The position numbers were made by a program, and so were the translations under genes. Shown piece by piece: positions 9,293 to 19,053 of a stretch of 64,000 nt of DNA (its first letter is position 1; each line of letters begins with the position of its first letter). This DNA comes from Spirochaetia bacterium. Its GTDB lineage: Bacteria > Spirochaetota > Spirochaetia > SZUA-6 > Bin103. The notes under the pieces were generated by a model. The model was given only the letters and a program-made list of their open reading frames with translations. It ran no database searches and was not told where the DNA came from. The stretch is from positions 1,792,001 through 1,856,000 of the forward strand of contig OZ241907.1 of the NCBI GenBank assembly GCA_965203515.1, written 5' to 3'.

Positions 9293-10999
9293 ATGAGTGA
9301 CGACATGCTGGCGCGGGACCTGACCCGGATCGACGGCCGGCCCTACCCCCGCTACAAGGAGCTGCGCGGCCGTCGCTATGCGCTGGGCGGCTGCGCGCTC
9401 CGCTTCGAGCACGTGCAGGGCGATCCGTTCGCGGCGCCGAGCCGCCTGCGCGTCGACCTCCCCGCCGCCGCCCTGGGACTGCCCGACTGGGCGCGGAGCG
9501 GCCGGGACGCGCGCCGCGCGACCGCCGATCTTCTGCAACGGGCGTTGCGTCCGGCGCTGTCCCGGTGCTCGGGCAGCGCGGGGAGCGGCAAGAGCGGGCT
9601 GCTGGAGATCAGCCCCGCCGGCCAGGAGGTACTGGAGCGGACCGGCGTCGTGGTCGACGCGGACGGCGGCGCGCGGGTCCGCCTGTGCGCCGGGTTGCCG
9701 GCGGCGGGGCGCCGGATCCTCGGCCGGGCCGCGGCGGACCTGCTGGTCCGCGGTCTGCCTGCCGCGATCCGGGAGGTGGCCGGCGGGCTCGACCTCAGCG
9801 CGCTGCGCTCCCACGTGCAGGTCGTTGAGGACCAGGTGGCGCTTCGCGCGGAACTCGGCGAGCGCGGGCTGATCGCGTTTCTGGCGGAAGGGAGCGTGCT
9901 GCCGCGCCGCAGCGGCGTCGATCCGCGCCCGCTGCAGGACGCGCTGCCGCTACGCGTTCCCGACGCCCTGGCGGTGGAGTTGCACGCGCCGCACGCCGGC
10001 ACGCTGCGCGGGCTGGGGGTCCGCGCCGGCGTCACGCTGATCGTGGGCGGCGGCTATCACGGCAAGTCGACGCTGCTGCAGGCGCTCGCCCTGGGCATCT
10101 ACGATCACGCGCCCGGCGACGGGCGCGAGCGGTGCGTATCGGCGGGAACGTTGGCGACCGTTCGCGCCGAGGACGGCCGGGCGGTGCGCGCCGTCTGCCT
10201 GACCCCGTTCATTCGCGACCTGCCGCTGGGGCGGGAGACGCGCCGCTTCGACAGCGACGACGCCTCGGGCAGCACCTCGCAGGCGGCGGCGATCGTCGAA
10301 GCGCTGGAGGCCGGGGCGACCGGCCTGCTGATCGACGAGGACACGGCCGCCACCAACTTCATGATCCGCGACGCGCGCATGCGCCTCCTGGTGCCGGGCG
10401 ACCGCGAACCGATCACGCCCTACATCGACCGCGTGCGCCAGCTCTGGGAAACCCGTTCCGTGTCGTCGGTGCTGGTGGTGGGCGGCGCCGGCGACTATCT
10501 GGACGTCGCCGATCGCGTCATTCGCATGGACGCCTACCAGCCGCGCGACGTCACGGATCGGGCGCGGGAGGTCGCGGCAGCCCGGCCGCTGGGCGAGGCG
10601 GAGCCGCGCGCCCCCGACGACTGGCCGCCGGCCGCGCCGCGGGTCCCCCTGCCGGACGGTCTGGATCCGCGCCGCGGCCGCCGGCCCGAGCGGGTACGGG
10701 CGGTCAGGACGCGGTCGATCGAGTACGGGCGCGAAGAGATCGACGTCAGCCTGCAATATCAGATCGTCGACCCGGCGCAGTGCCGGATGATCGGCGACGC
10801 GTTGCTGCGGATCGCGCGCGGGCTGTGCGACGGCCGCCGCGATCTGCCGGCGATCCTGGCCGCGCTTGACGCCGCCATCCGGGCGGACGGGCTCGAAGCG
10901 CTGGCCGAGCCGGGCTTCGGCGACCGGGCGTATGCCCGAACCCTGGAGATCGCGGCGGCGCTCAACCGCCTGCGCAGCCTGCGAGTGGCGCCGTCGTGA
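9293..10999 (+). CDS. ABC-ATPase domain-containing protein (PF09818-like)
   Basis: HVQGDPFAAPSR, GSGKSG, Walker A GGGYHGKST, ASGSTSQAA, LLIDEDTAATNFMIRD and EPITPY motifs. Confidence 0.9.
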   Translation: MSDDMLARDLTRIDGRPYPRYKELRGRRYALGGCALRFEHVQGDPFAAPSRLRVDLPAAALGLPDWARSGRDARRATADLLQRALRPALSRCSGSAGSGKSGLLEISPAGQEVLERTGVVVDADGGARVRLCAGLPAAGRRILGRAAADLLVRGLPAAIREVAGGLDLSALRSHVQVVEDQVALRAELGERGLIAFLAEGSVLPRRSGVDPRPLQDALPLRVPDALAVELHAPHAGTLRGLGVRAGVTLIVGGGYHGKSTLLQALALGIYDHAPGDGRERCVSAGTLATVRAEDGRAVRAVCLTPFIRDLPLGRETRRFDSDDASGSTSQAAAIVEALEAGATGLLIDEDTAATNFMIRDARMRLLVPGDREPITPYIDRVRQLWETRSVSSVLVVGGAGDYLDVADRVIRMDAYQPRDVTDRAREVAAARPLGEAEPRAPDDWPPAAPRVPLPDGLDPRRGRRPERVRAVRTRSIEYGREEIDVSLQYQIVDPAQCRMIGDALLRIARGLCDGRRDLPAILAALDAAIRADGLEALAEPGFGDRAYARTLEIAAALNRLRSLRVAPS

Positions 11000-11067
11000 G
11001 CGCGGCGCGCGAGAGGCCGCCAACCGGTTCGGTGGTTGCGGCCGCCGTGCGCGGATAGACTGCCGCG

Positions 11068-11592
11068 GTGCAGGAAGTTCCGCGCCCGCGCGCACCGGCG
11101 GCGCGCAACGAGCGCATCGCCGGCCGTATCCTGTCGCCGGTGGTCGCCCTGGCCGCCACCTACTTCTTCGTGCTGCTGTTCGACATGGTGAGCCCGGTGG
11201 TGTTCGCAGCGGTCGAGTCGTCCGGCGCCGGGGCGTCCCGCGCGGGCACCCGGCGGTCGGCGGCCGGGTCGCTGATCATGATCGTGCTGGCCGGCGGCTG
11301 GGCCTACGCGGTCTGGGTCTCCTTCCGTTACGTCTGGTCGCACCGGTTCGGCACGGTCTGGTCCCGCGCGGCCATGGCGCTCGGCGTGGTGCTGGGCGGC
11401 GGCAGCGTCGTGCAGGCGGTCTTTGCCGTGCTGGTCGCCCTGCAGGTCGAGCCGGGCAACCTGACGACGGCCGCGGTCACGGTTCCCGTGCTGATGGCGG
11501 CGGCGGCCGCGGCGCTGCTGCTCGGCCGCTCCCTGCGCCGGCGCTCCGGGCGGTCGAGCGCCGGGCAGTCGAACGAATCGCGCGACGTCTGA
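11068..11592 (+). CDS. Hypothetical membrane protein (about 4 TM helices)
   Basis: 174 aa with four hydrophobic stretches. TAGACT -10-like box lies 6 nt before the GTG. Confidence 0.65.
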   Translation: MQEVPRPRAPAARNERIAGRILSPVVALAATYFFVLLFDMVSPVVFAAVESSGAGASRAGTRRSAAGSLIMIVLAGGWAYAVWVSFRYVWSHRFGTVWSRAAMALGVVLGGGSVVQAVFAVLVALQVEPGNLTTAAVTVPVLMAAAAAALLLGRSLRRRSGRSSAGQSNESRDV

Positions 11593-11623
11593 CGCGCTCC
11601 GCGCCGTGCATCGGCCCCGCGGA

Positions 11624-11652
11624 TTGACGGTCGCCTCGGATTCTCCTACGAT
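11624..11652 (+). promoter_or_regulatory. Putative sigma70 promoter of the Uma2 gene
   Basis: TTGACG-17 nt-TACGAT, ending 9 nt before ATG 11662. Confidence 0.55.
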
Positions 11653-11661
11653 CGAGGCTCG

Positions 11662-12213
11662 ATGGGCGCTTTCACCGGGTCACCCGTCAAGCTGACCTAC
11701 GACGATTACCTGCTGCTCCCGGACGACAACAACATCCACGAGATCATCGATGGAGATCACTTCATGTCGCCATCGCCAAGCACCAATCACCAGACGGTCT
11801 CCCGGCGGCTGCAGTTCCTGCTCTACGAAGCGATCGAGCTGACCGGCGCCGGCGTCGTGTTCAACGCCCCCACTGACGTGCAGCTCTCCGATCACGACAT
11901 CGTGGTGCCGGACATCTTCGTGATCCGGGCGTCGCGCATGCGGATGATCTCTCCGTCCCGCGTCCTGGGGCCGCCGGACCTGGTGATCGAGATCGTCTCG
12001 CCGTCCAGCCGCCGGAAAGACCGCGAGATCAAGCGGCGTCTCTACGAGCAATTCTCGGTGCCGGAGTACTGGGTGGTGAATCCGGAACACCACGCCATCG
12101 AACGCTTCCTGCTCTCCGGAGAACGGTACGGGCAATCCGACACGTGCACGGATTCGATCCGCTATCAGGCGGGGCCGATCGACGTGATCGTCGACCTGCG
12201 GCGCGTCTGGTAG
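11662..12213 (+). CDS. Uma2 family endonuclease
   Basis: LTYDDY, HEIIDG, PSPSTNHQ, VPDI, PDLVIEIVSPSS and K-LYEQFSVPEYWVVNP motifs. Confidence 0.92.
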   Translation: MGAFTGSPVKLTYDDYLLLPDDNNIHEIIDGDHFMSPSPSTNHQTVSRRLQFLLYEAIELTGAGVVFNAPTDVQLSDHDIVVPDIFVIRASRMRMISPSRVLGPPDLVIEIVSPSSRRKDREIKRRLYEQFSVPEYWVVNPEHHAIERFLLSGERYGQSDTCTDSIRYQAGPIDVIVDLRRVW

Positions 12214-12233
12214 CCGCCGGCCTGCGGACGACC

Positions 12234-14414
12234 GTGGCTGAGACCCTCCTCGAAATCGACGACCTGCGCACCTGGTTCCGAACCAAGGCGGGAGTGGTGC
12301 GCGCCGTGGACGGGGTCTCCCTGTCGATCGACAAGGGCAAGACGGTCGGCCTGGTGGGAGAGAGCGGCTGCGGCAAGAGCGTGCTGGCGCAGTCGATCCT
12401 GCAGATTCAGACGTGGCCGGGCGAGATCGAAGGCGGGCGGGTCATCCTGCACGGCGACGACGGCGCCGAGCCTGAAGTGCTCACCGACTACCTGCCCAAG
12501 GCGGAGCGGCTGCGGCAGATCCGCGGCAACCGGATCGCCTACATCCACCAGGAGCCGATGGCGGCGCTGAGCCTGCTGCACACGGTCGGCAACCAGTTGC
12601 GCGAGGCGGTGCTGGTCCATCACCCGGAGATGTCCAAGGAGCAGGCGAACGAGATCGCCGTCAAGATGCTGGGCGACGTCGGCATCCCGCGCGCCGAAAC
12701 CCGGCTCGACTCCTACATCTTCAACTTCTCCGGCGGCATGCGGCAGCGCGTGATGATCGCCATGGCGCTCATCAACCATCCGCGCCTGCTGATCGCCGAC
12801 GAGCCGACCACCGCCATCGACGTGACCATCCAGGCGCAGGTGCTGGAGCTGATGCGCGACATCCAGCAGCGCTTCGACATGTCGGTGCTGTTCATCACCC
12901 ACGACCTGGCGGTCATCGCCGAGATCGCCGAAGAGGTGGTGGTCATGTACCTGGGCCGGGTGGTCGAGCGCACCTCCGTCACCCGCCTGTTCGAGAACCC
13001 CAAGCACCCCTACACGCAGGCGCTCATCGGCTCGCTGCCGAGCGGCGAGCACGAGCGCGGCGCGCTGGCCAGCATCCGCGGCACCGTCCCCGATCCGTAC
13101 TCGCGGCCCACCGGCTGCGCCTTCCGCAACCGCTGCGATCACTTCATCGAAGGGGTGTGCGACCGCAACGTCCCGGCCCTGGTGGAACTGGAGACCGACC
13201 ACGTCGTCCGCTGCTTCCTGCACTCGGAAGAGATCGAGCTGGGAGCGGAACCGGACAGCGGCGTAGCCGACGAGGCGGCTGCCGCCGGCGGGTCGATCGG
13301 CCGCCACCGGCGCGCCGCCGCGCAACCCGCCGGGGCCGCGGCGGCCGGCGACGGCGAGGACGCCCGGCGGGCAACCGCAGCGAGCACCGACGGCCCCGGC
13401 GGCGCGTCGGTGCTCGCCATCGACGACCTGCGGACCTGGTTCCCGATACGCAAGGGGTTCTTCCGCCGGCACACCGGCTGGATCAAGGCGGTCGACGGTA
13501 TCAGCCTGGAGATCCGCGAGCGTGAGACGGTCAGCCTGGTCGGCGAAAGCGGCTGCGGCAAGTCGACCACGGCGCGCAGCATCGTGCGGGCGGTAGAGCC
13601 GACCGGCGGCAGCGTCCGCTTCCACGCGCGCGACGGCGCCGTCCTCGACGTCACCGACGTCGACCGGGACCAGATCAACCTGCTGCGCCAGCAGGTACGG
13701 ATGCTCTTTCAGGACCCGTTCCAGTCGCTCAATCCGCGCTTCACGGTCGTCGACATCGTCGGCGAGCCGCTGCGCAACTTCGGCGTCGCCGACGGCGAGG
13801 CGCTCCGCGAGCGGGTGGGGGAGCTGCTGGAGGACGTGGGTCTGGACGCCCGGCACATGGGGCGCTATCCGCACGCCTTTTCGGGCGGCCAGCGCCAGCG
13901 CATCGGTCTGGCGCGCGCGCTGGCCATGAACCCGCGCCTGCTGCTGGCCGACGAGCCGACCTCGGCGCTCGACGTCTCGGTCAAGGCGCAGATACTCAAT
14001 CTCATGCAGAAGCTGCAGGACGAGCACGGGCTCTCCTACCTGTTCATCACCCACGAGCTCGGCATCGTCCGGCACTTCAGCGACCGTTGCGGGGTGATGT
14101 ACCTGGGCCGCATCGTGGAGATGGGTACGACCGAGGCGATCTTCCGCGAACCGCTGCACCCGTATACGGAGGCGCTGCTGTCGGCCGCACCGGTGCCAAA
14201 CCCGCGCGCCAAGATGGACCGCATCATCCTGCAGGGCGACGTGCCCGACCCGGCCGACGCGCCGGCCGGCTGCCCGTTCCACACCCGCTGCCCCTACGCG
14301 GAGGAGCGGTGCAAGACCGAGGCGCCGGCGTTGCAACCGATCGAGGACGGCAGCGATCACACCGTCGCCTGCCTGCGCGCCGAGGAGCTGGAGCTGCGCG
14401 GCGTGCGCTGGTAG
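12234..14414 (+). CDS. Fused oligopeptide/dipeptide-type ABC ATP-binding protein (OppD+OppF)
   Basis: Two GESGCGKS Walker A motifs, SGGMRQR and SGGQRQR signatures, two DEPT Walker B motifs and two HPYT/Cys-rich C-terminal domains. Start at GTG 12234. Confidence 0.9.
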   Translation: MAETLLEIDDLRTWFRTKAGVVRAVDGVSLSIDKGKTVGLVGESGCGKSVLAQSILQIQTWPGEIEGGRVILHGDDGAEPEVLTDYLPKAERLRQIRGNRIAYIHQEPMAALSLLHTVGNQLREAVLVHHPEMSKEQANEIAVKMLGDVGIPRAETRLDSYIFNFSGGMRQRVMIAMALINHPRLLIADEPTTAIDVTIQAQVLELMRDIQQRFDMSVLFITHDLAVIAEIAEEVVVMYLGRVVERTSVTRLFENPKHPYTQALIGSLPSGEHERGALASIRGTVPDPYSRPTGCAFRNRCDHFIEGVCDRNVPALVELETDHVVRCFLHSEEIELGAEPDSGVADEAAAAGGSIGRHRRAAAQPAGAAAAGDGEDARRATAASTDGPGGASVLAIDDLRTWFPIRKGFFRRHTGWIKAVDGISLEIRERETVSLVGESGCGKSTTARSIVRAVEPTGGSVRFHARDGAVLDVTDVDRDQINLLRQQVRMLFQDPFQSLNPRFTVVDIVGEPLRNFGVADGEALRERVGELLEDVGLDARHMGRYPHAFSGGQRQRIGLARALAMNPRLLLADEPTSALDVSVKAQILNLMQKLQDEHGLSYLFITHELGIVRHFSDRCGVMYLGRIVEMGTTEAIFREPLHPYTEALLSAAPVPNPRAKMDRIILQGDVPDPADAPAGCPFHTRCPYAEERCKTEAPALQPIEDGSDHTVACLRAEELELRGVRW

Positions 14415-14439
14415 CGCCGCTCCGCGCCGATCCGGACCC

Positions 14440-15609
14440 ATGGCTGCCGACCGCGTCCCTGCCGGCGCCGACCCGCTCGACCCCGAGTTCGGGGTGAGCC
14501 TGACGCCGGCCGAGTTCGAGGAGCGCTTCCTGACCCTGCACCGGCAGCTCTTCGCGTCCGATACGCAGGGATTCGACGAGGTCACCGTGCACGCCTACGC
14601 GCCGCCGGCCGGCAGCTATCAGGTCGACCACTGCTTCTTTCACGACGGCAGCAACCTGCATCTGTACTACGTGACCGGCGACATGCGGAACACCGAGGCG
14701 TGGATCGCCGCGTACCGCGCGGGCGATTACGAGCGGGCCAACCGGGTCTGTCTGGAACCGGGGTGCGGCCACGCGGTGGGGCCGGACCTGTTCAGCCTGC
14801 GCTACCGCGACACCCTGCTGTTCGAGCCGGAGGGCCGCTTCGACCTTGCCAGCCGCTCCAACGCGCAGGTGTTTTCCTTCGACCGGGACGGCCCGCGGCG
14901 GTACGGCCTGCTGTACGGGGTGCGCGGCGGCGGCGCGGACGGCACGCCGTTCGTGGGCTTCAACCTCACCTGGTCGCCGGACCTGGAGACGTGGACCGCG
15001 GGCGGCGGCAACCCGGTATGGGGTCCGCCGCCGTGGTGCAAGCCCGGTTCGACCTGCAAGGACGCGCACGTGACGCGCTTCGACGGCCGCTACCTGCTCT
15101 ACTACATCGCCATGGATCGGCAGGGATACGCCTGCGTCGCGCTGGCCAGCACGCGCGACTGGCAGACGATCGCCGATCACGGCGTGGTGCTGGCCCTGCC
15201 GCCGTCGCTGCGCGGCACCATGGGGATCGAGTCGCCCTTCGTGCTGCATCGGGACGGCCTGTGGCACCTGTTCTACACCTACGGCGAGGGGCTCCATCAC
15301 GCGGTCAGCCCGTCGCCCACCGGGTTCGTCGCCGCGCGCGGCAACACCTGGGACGTCGGCACCGGCGCCTATCTGATGGGGCCGTACCACGCGACGGAGA
15401 TCGTCGAGCAGGACGGCCGCACCTATCTGACCACCGACCGCAAGGAGCACACGCGCAAGCTGAACCGCGCCGCCGGCGTGCTGCGCTACCGCGGCTCCTA
15501 CGCCGACGAAAAGACCCTGGAGGAGGGCATCTACGTCGCCGAGATCGAGTGGCGCGGCGACCAGCCGGTACTGCGCAAGCCGCATCGGCCGCGAGCATCC
15601 GCGCCATGA
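14440..15609 (+). CDS. Five-bladed beta-propeller glycoside hydrolase-like protein (GH32/GH43-clan-like)
   Basis: VDHCFF…HLYY, WSPDLETW (Asp-box), CKDAHV, STRDWQT and IESPFV motifs. Confidence 0.7.
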   Translation: MAADRVPAGADPLDPEFGVSLTPAEFEERFLTLHRQLFASDTQGFDEVTVHAYAPPAGSYQVDHCFFHDGSNLHLYYVTGDMRNTEAWIAAYRAGDYERANRVCLEPGCGHAVGPDLFSLRYRDTLLFEPEGRFDLASRSNAQVFSFDRDGPRRYGLLYGVRGGGADGTPFVGFNLTWSPDLETWTAGGGNPVWGPPPWCKPGSTCKDAHVTRFDGRYLLYYIAMDRQGYACVALASTRDWQTIADHGVVLALPPSLRGTMGIESPFVLHRDGLWHLFYTYGEGLHHAVSPSPTGFVAARGNTWDVGTGAYLMGPYHATEIVEQDGRTYLTTDRKEHTRKLNRAAGVLRYRGSYADEKTLEEGIYVAEIEWRGDQPVLRKPHRPRASAP

Positions 15610-17006
15610 GCGCGACGTTCGGCCGTGCGCGCCCCAACGTCGTCGTCTTCTTCACCGATCAGCAGCGCTGGGATACCGCCGGCATTCATGGCAACCCCAG
15701 CGGCCTGACGCCCAACTTCGACCGGTTCGCCGCGCGCGGCACCCATCTGGCCCATACCTTCACCTGTCAGCCGGTCTGCGGGCCGGCCCGCGCGTGTCTG
15801 CAGACCGGCCGGTACGCCACCGAGACCGGCGTGTTCCGCAACGCGATCGCCCTCGACCCGGCGCTGCCCACGTTGTCGGATCACTTCCACGCCGCCGGCT
15901 ACGCGACCGCCTGCATCGGCAAGTGGCATCTGGCGCCGCGCGGCCGGATCGGCCCGGTGGCGCCGGAGCACCGCGGCCGCTACGACTACTGGTTGGCCTC
16001 CAACGTCCTGGAGTACACCTCGGACGCCTACCGGACGACCCTGTACGACGGCGACGAGCGGCCCGTGGAGTTGCCGGGCTATCGGGTCGACGCCCTGGCC
16101 GACGCCGCGATCCGCTACCTGGACGGCCGCGACGGCGGGCCGCGCGACCGGCCGTTCCTGCTGTTCCTCTCCTTCATCGAACCGCACCACCAGAACCACC
16201 GTGACGACTATCCCGCTCCCGACGGGTACGAGGAGCGGTACACCGGCGCCTGGGCGCCGCCCGACCTGGCCGCGCTGGGCGGATCGACGCAGCAGCACCT
16301 GCCGGGCTACTACGGCATGGTCAAGCGGCTCGACGAGGCGTTCGGCCGCGTGCTGGACGCGCTGCGCAGCCTGGGGCTGGCCGACGATACCGTGGTGCTG
16401 TACGCCTCCGACCACGGCAACCACTTCAAGACGCGCAACGACGAGTACAAGCGCTCCTGTCACGAGTCGGCGATCCGCATTCCGGCCGCGTTGGGCGGCC
16501 CCGGCTTCGACGGCGGCGGCCGCGTGGAGGAGCTGGTGAGCCTGATCGACCTGCCGCCGACCCTGCTGGACGCGGCCGGGATCGAGGCGCCGGCGATGCG
16601 GGGCCGTTCCGTGCTGCCGCTGACCGGCGGGCGCTCGGCCGCAGCCGAGTGGCCGGATCAGGTCTTCGTGCAGATCTCCGAGTCGCAGGTGGGGCGCGCG
16701 TTGCGCACGAAGCGCTGGAAGTACTCGGTCAGCGCGCCGGGGCTGAGCGGCGGCGAGGCGCCGGCCGCCGACCGCTACGTCGAGGAGTTCCTCTACGATC
16801 TGCGCGCCGACCGCTACGAGCTCTGCAATCTGGCCGGCAACCCCGGTCACGCCGAGGTGGCCGCCCTGCTGCGGCAGCGGCTGCTGGGTTGCATCCGCGA
16901 CGTGGAGGGGGCGGCGCCGGTCATCGAACCGGCCGCCGTGCGGCGGCGCTCGCAACAGATCGCCCCGGAGCCGGCCGACTTGGCGGAGCTGCGCCCGCCG
17001 GACTGA
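15606..17006 (+). CDS. Sulfatase (formylglycine-dependent, Cys-type)
   Basis: ATG overlaps the upstream stop. RPNVVVFFTDQQR, CGPAR (CxPxR), GKWHL and SDHG motifs. No signal peptide. Confidence 0.93.
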   Translation: MSATFGRARPNVVVFFTDQQRWDTAGIHGNPSGLTPNFDRFAARGTHLAHTFTCQPVCGPARACLQTGRYATETGVFRNAIALDPALPTLSDHFHAAGYATACIGKWHLAPRGRIGPVAPEHRGRYDYWLASNVLEYTSDAYRTTLYDGDERPVELPGYRVDALADAAIRYLDGRDGGPRDRPFLLFLSFIEPHHQNHRDDYPAPDGYEERYTGAWAPPDLAALGGSTQQHLPGYYGMVKRLDEAFGRVLDALRSLGLADDTVVLYASDHGNHFKTRNDEYKRSCHESAIRIPAALGGPGFDGGGRVEELVSLIDLPPTLLDAAGIEAPAMRGRSVLPLTGGRSAAAEWPDQVFVQISESQVGRALRTKRWKYSVSAPGLSGGEAPAADRYVEEFLYDLRADRYELCNLAGNPGHAEVAALLRQRLLGCIRDVEGAAPVIEPAAVRRRSQQIAPEPADLAELRPPD

Positions 17007-17073
17007 AACGCGCCCGGCGCCGGCTGCGGGCGGTCGCTGTCCTTGTTTCTTGTTTCAGCAACTGATCTGCCGA

Positions 17074-17127
17074 AAAATGACATTTTCCAGCAATTGAGTT
17101 GCGGAAAATGATGATTCGGGATAGGGT
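17074..17127 (+). promoter_or_regulatory. AT-rich promoter/operator with nested inverted repeats upstream of the AAA-DUF4143 gene
   Basis: aaaatg-a-catttt (17074-17086) and cattttcc…ggaaaatg (17081-17110). TAGGGT lies 6 nt before GTG 17134. Confidence 0.45.
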
Positions 17128-17133
17128 GACCAG

Positions 17134-18288
17134 GTGCCTCTGGCCCGCCGCCTCGATCTGCGCCGTGACCTGCGCACGCGCTCCGTGTTCCTGTTCGGAC
17201 CGCGGCAGACCGGCAAGTCGACCTGGCTGCGCCAGACGTTCCCCGATTCCCGGCGGTTCGACCTGCTGCGCGGCGAGGTGTTTCTGCGCCTCTCGCGCGA
17301 GCCGGGCCGGCTGCGGGGCGAGTTGGCGACCGTCGATCCCTCCTCCGGGCCGGTCATCATCGATGAAATCCAGAAGCTCCCGAGCCTGCTCGACGACGTG
17401 CACGACCTGATCGAAAGCCGCGGGTTCCGGTTCGTGCTGGCCGCCAGCAGCCCGGCCAAGCTCCGCCGCGCGGGCGTCAATCTGCTCGGCGGCCGGGCGC
17501 GCGTCCGCCACCTGTTCCCGTTCGTGTCCGCCGAAGTCCCGGACTGGGATCCGCTCCGGGCGGTCGACGTCGGCGGCATCCCCTCGATCTACTACTCGGA
17601 CGATCCGCTCGAGGACCTGCGTGCCTATTGCGGGACCTATCTGCGGCTGGAGGTGCAGGCCGAAGGGCTGGTGCGCGGCGTGGAGCCGTTTTCACGGTTC
17701 CTTACCGCCGCCGCCCTCTGCTGCGGGGAGCAGGTGGTATTCGATCGGCTGGCCGCGGACGCCGCGGTTCCGCCGCGCACCGTGCGCGAGTACTTCCAGG
17801 TGCTGGAAGACACGCTCACCGGCTTCCTGTTGCAGCCGTTCCGGGTCCGCCGGCCGCGGCGCAAGCCGGTAGCACGCGCCAAGTTCTACCTGTTCGACCC
17901 CGGCGTCGCCAACGCGCTGGCCGGCGTGACCCACGTCCGGCCCGGCAGCCCGGCGTTCGGGCGCGCGCTGGAGCAGCTGATCTTCTGCGAGCTGCGCGCC
18001 TGGCAGGCGTATCACCGCGACCACCGCGGCCTGACCTACTGGCGGACCTCGGACGGATCGGAGGTCGACTTCGTGGTCGGCGACGCGGCGGCGATCGAGG
18101 TCAAGGCGACCGGCGCCGTGACCGGCCGCGACCTGACCGGCCTGCGGCGCATCGCCGAGGAAGCGCCGTGGCAGCGGCGCATCGTGGTCTGCACGGAATC
18201 GGCCGCGCGCGTGGTCGCCGGCATCGAGATCGTGCCGGTGCGCGAGTTCCTGCACCGGCTCTGGAACGGCGATGTCATCGACCCTTGA
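17134..18288 (+). CDS. AAA+ ATPase with DUF4143 domain
   Basis: GPRQTGKST, IIDEIQK, LLGGRA, KFYLFDPGV and YWRT…EVDFV…IEVKA motifs. Confidence 0.9.
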   Translation: MPLARRLDLRRDLRTRSVFLFGPRQTGKSTWLRQTFPDSRRFDLLRGEVFLRLSREPGRLRGELATVDPSSGPVIIDEIQKLPSLLDDVHDLIESRGFRFVLAASSPAKLRRAGVNLLGGRARVRHLFPFVSAEVPDWDPLRAVDVGGIPSIYYSDDPLEDLRAYCGTYLRLEVQAEGLVRGVEPFSRFLTAAALCCGEQVVFDRLAADAAVPPRTVREYFQVLEDTLTGFLLQPFRVRRPRRKPVARAKFYLFDPGVANALAGVTHVRPGSPAFGRALEQLIFCELRAWQAYHRDHRGLTYWRTSDGSEVDFVVGDAAAIEVKATGAVTGRDLTGLRRIAEEAPWQRRIVVCTESAARVVAGIEIVPVREFLHRLWNGDVIDP

Positions 18289-18299
18289 ACCGCGGCCGA

Positions 18300-18710
18300 T
18301 CAGCCTGCGAACGGATTGGCTATCTCAAGGCCGTCGATCCTCCATCCGGAGTGCATGTCTTCCGAGTAGAGTACCGAACATCGTGACACCTGCGCGGCGC
18401 GCACAATCAATGCGTCCCAGAACGACACCGAGTGCAGGCGCACCAGATCGATGGCCGCCAGGATGTCTTCGGTCTGCGGAATCACGACATCCATCTTTGC
18501 GAACAGCTCCACTTTGCGCCTCGCCACTGCGGCGGCCACACCGAGCTTGCGAGTCGCGGTCACGAAATACTCTTGCAGGACCTGCATCGAGATCACGCCG
18601 CTGCCGCTGCTCCGGCAGGTCTGGTACAGAGCCAACGCCTTCGCCTGCTTCGCTCTGTCGCCGGCATCGTCGGTGTAGGCCAGCACGTTGCTGTCCAGGA
18701 AGCTACGCAC
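18300..18710 (-). CDS. vapC: PIN-domain (VapC-like) toxin
   Basis: FLDSNVLAY, QVLQEY, SFWDALI and LYSEDM motifs. Confidence 0.88.
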   Translation of the reverse strand: MRSFLDSNVLAYTDDAGDRAKQAKALALYQTCRSSGSGVISMQVLQEYFVTATRKLGVAAAVARRKVELFAKMDVVIPQTEDILAAIDLVRLHSVSFWDALIVRAAQVSRCSVLYSEDMHSGWRIDGLEIANPFAG

Positions 18711-18930
18711 GCCGATGCAGCTCGTCGCGGTCGAAGCGCCAGCCGGCGCGGTCGCCGCACGCCAGCTCGGAGAGGCGGCGGACTTCGGCGATCTCGTCGT
18801 CGGCGGAGCTTCGGCCCGCGAGGACCGTCAAGTAATCCCGCACTGCCTGATTGAGACTCAGCCCGAGTGCTGCGGCCGACTTTCGAGCCTCGGCCACCAC
18901 CTTGTCGTCCAGTGACAGCGTAAGGTTCAT
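18703..18930 (-). CDS. RHH-type antitoxin (VapB/DUF6364-like)
   Basis: MNLTLSLDDKVVAEARK…SLNQAVRDYL…FDRDELHRR. 75 aa, overlapping the PIN gene start. Confidence 0.85.
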   Translation of the reverse strand: MNLTLSLDDKVVAEARKSAAALGLSLNQAVRDYLTVLAGRSSADDEIAEVRRLSELACGDRAGWRFDRDELHRRA

Positions 18931-18950
18931 GCGCACAGTATATGTGCGCA
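18930..18950 (-). promoter_or_regulatory. Palindromic TA operator overlapping a -10 box
   Basis: tgcgcaca-gtata-tgtgcgca. Minus-strand TATACT lies 6 nt before the ATG. Confidence 0.7.
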
Positions 18951-18986
18951 CGTATCCCGTGCCCACCCCTCGTCCACGAAAGCTCA

Positions 18987-19042
18987 AGGCCATAGCGGCG
19001 GCGAGGCCATGGCGGCGGCGAGGCCATGGCGGCGGCGAGGCC
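18987..19042. repeat. 17-bp tandem repeat, about 3.3 copies
   Basis: aggccat(a/g)gcggcggcg x3 plus aggcc, with no spacers. Confidence 0.9.
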
Positions 19043-19053
19043 CGCCGAGCCGG

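Noticed and set aside
18987..19042. CRISPR array (also considered for 41828-41902 and 921-968)
   Set aside because: The repeats are directly tandem with no unique spacers, and no cas genes are present.
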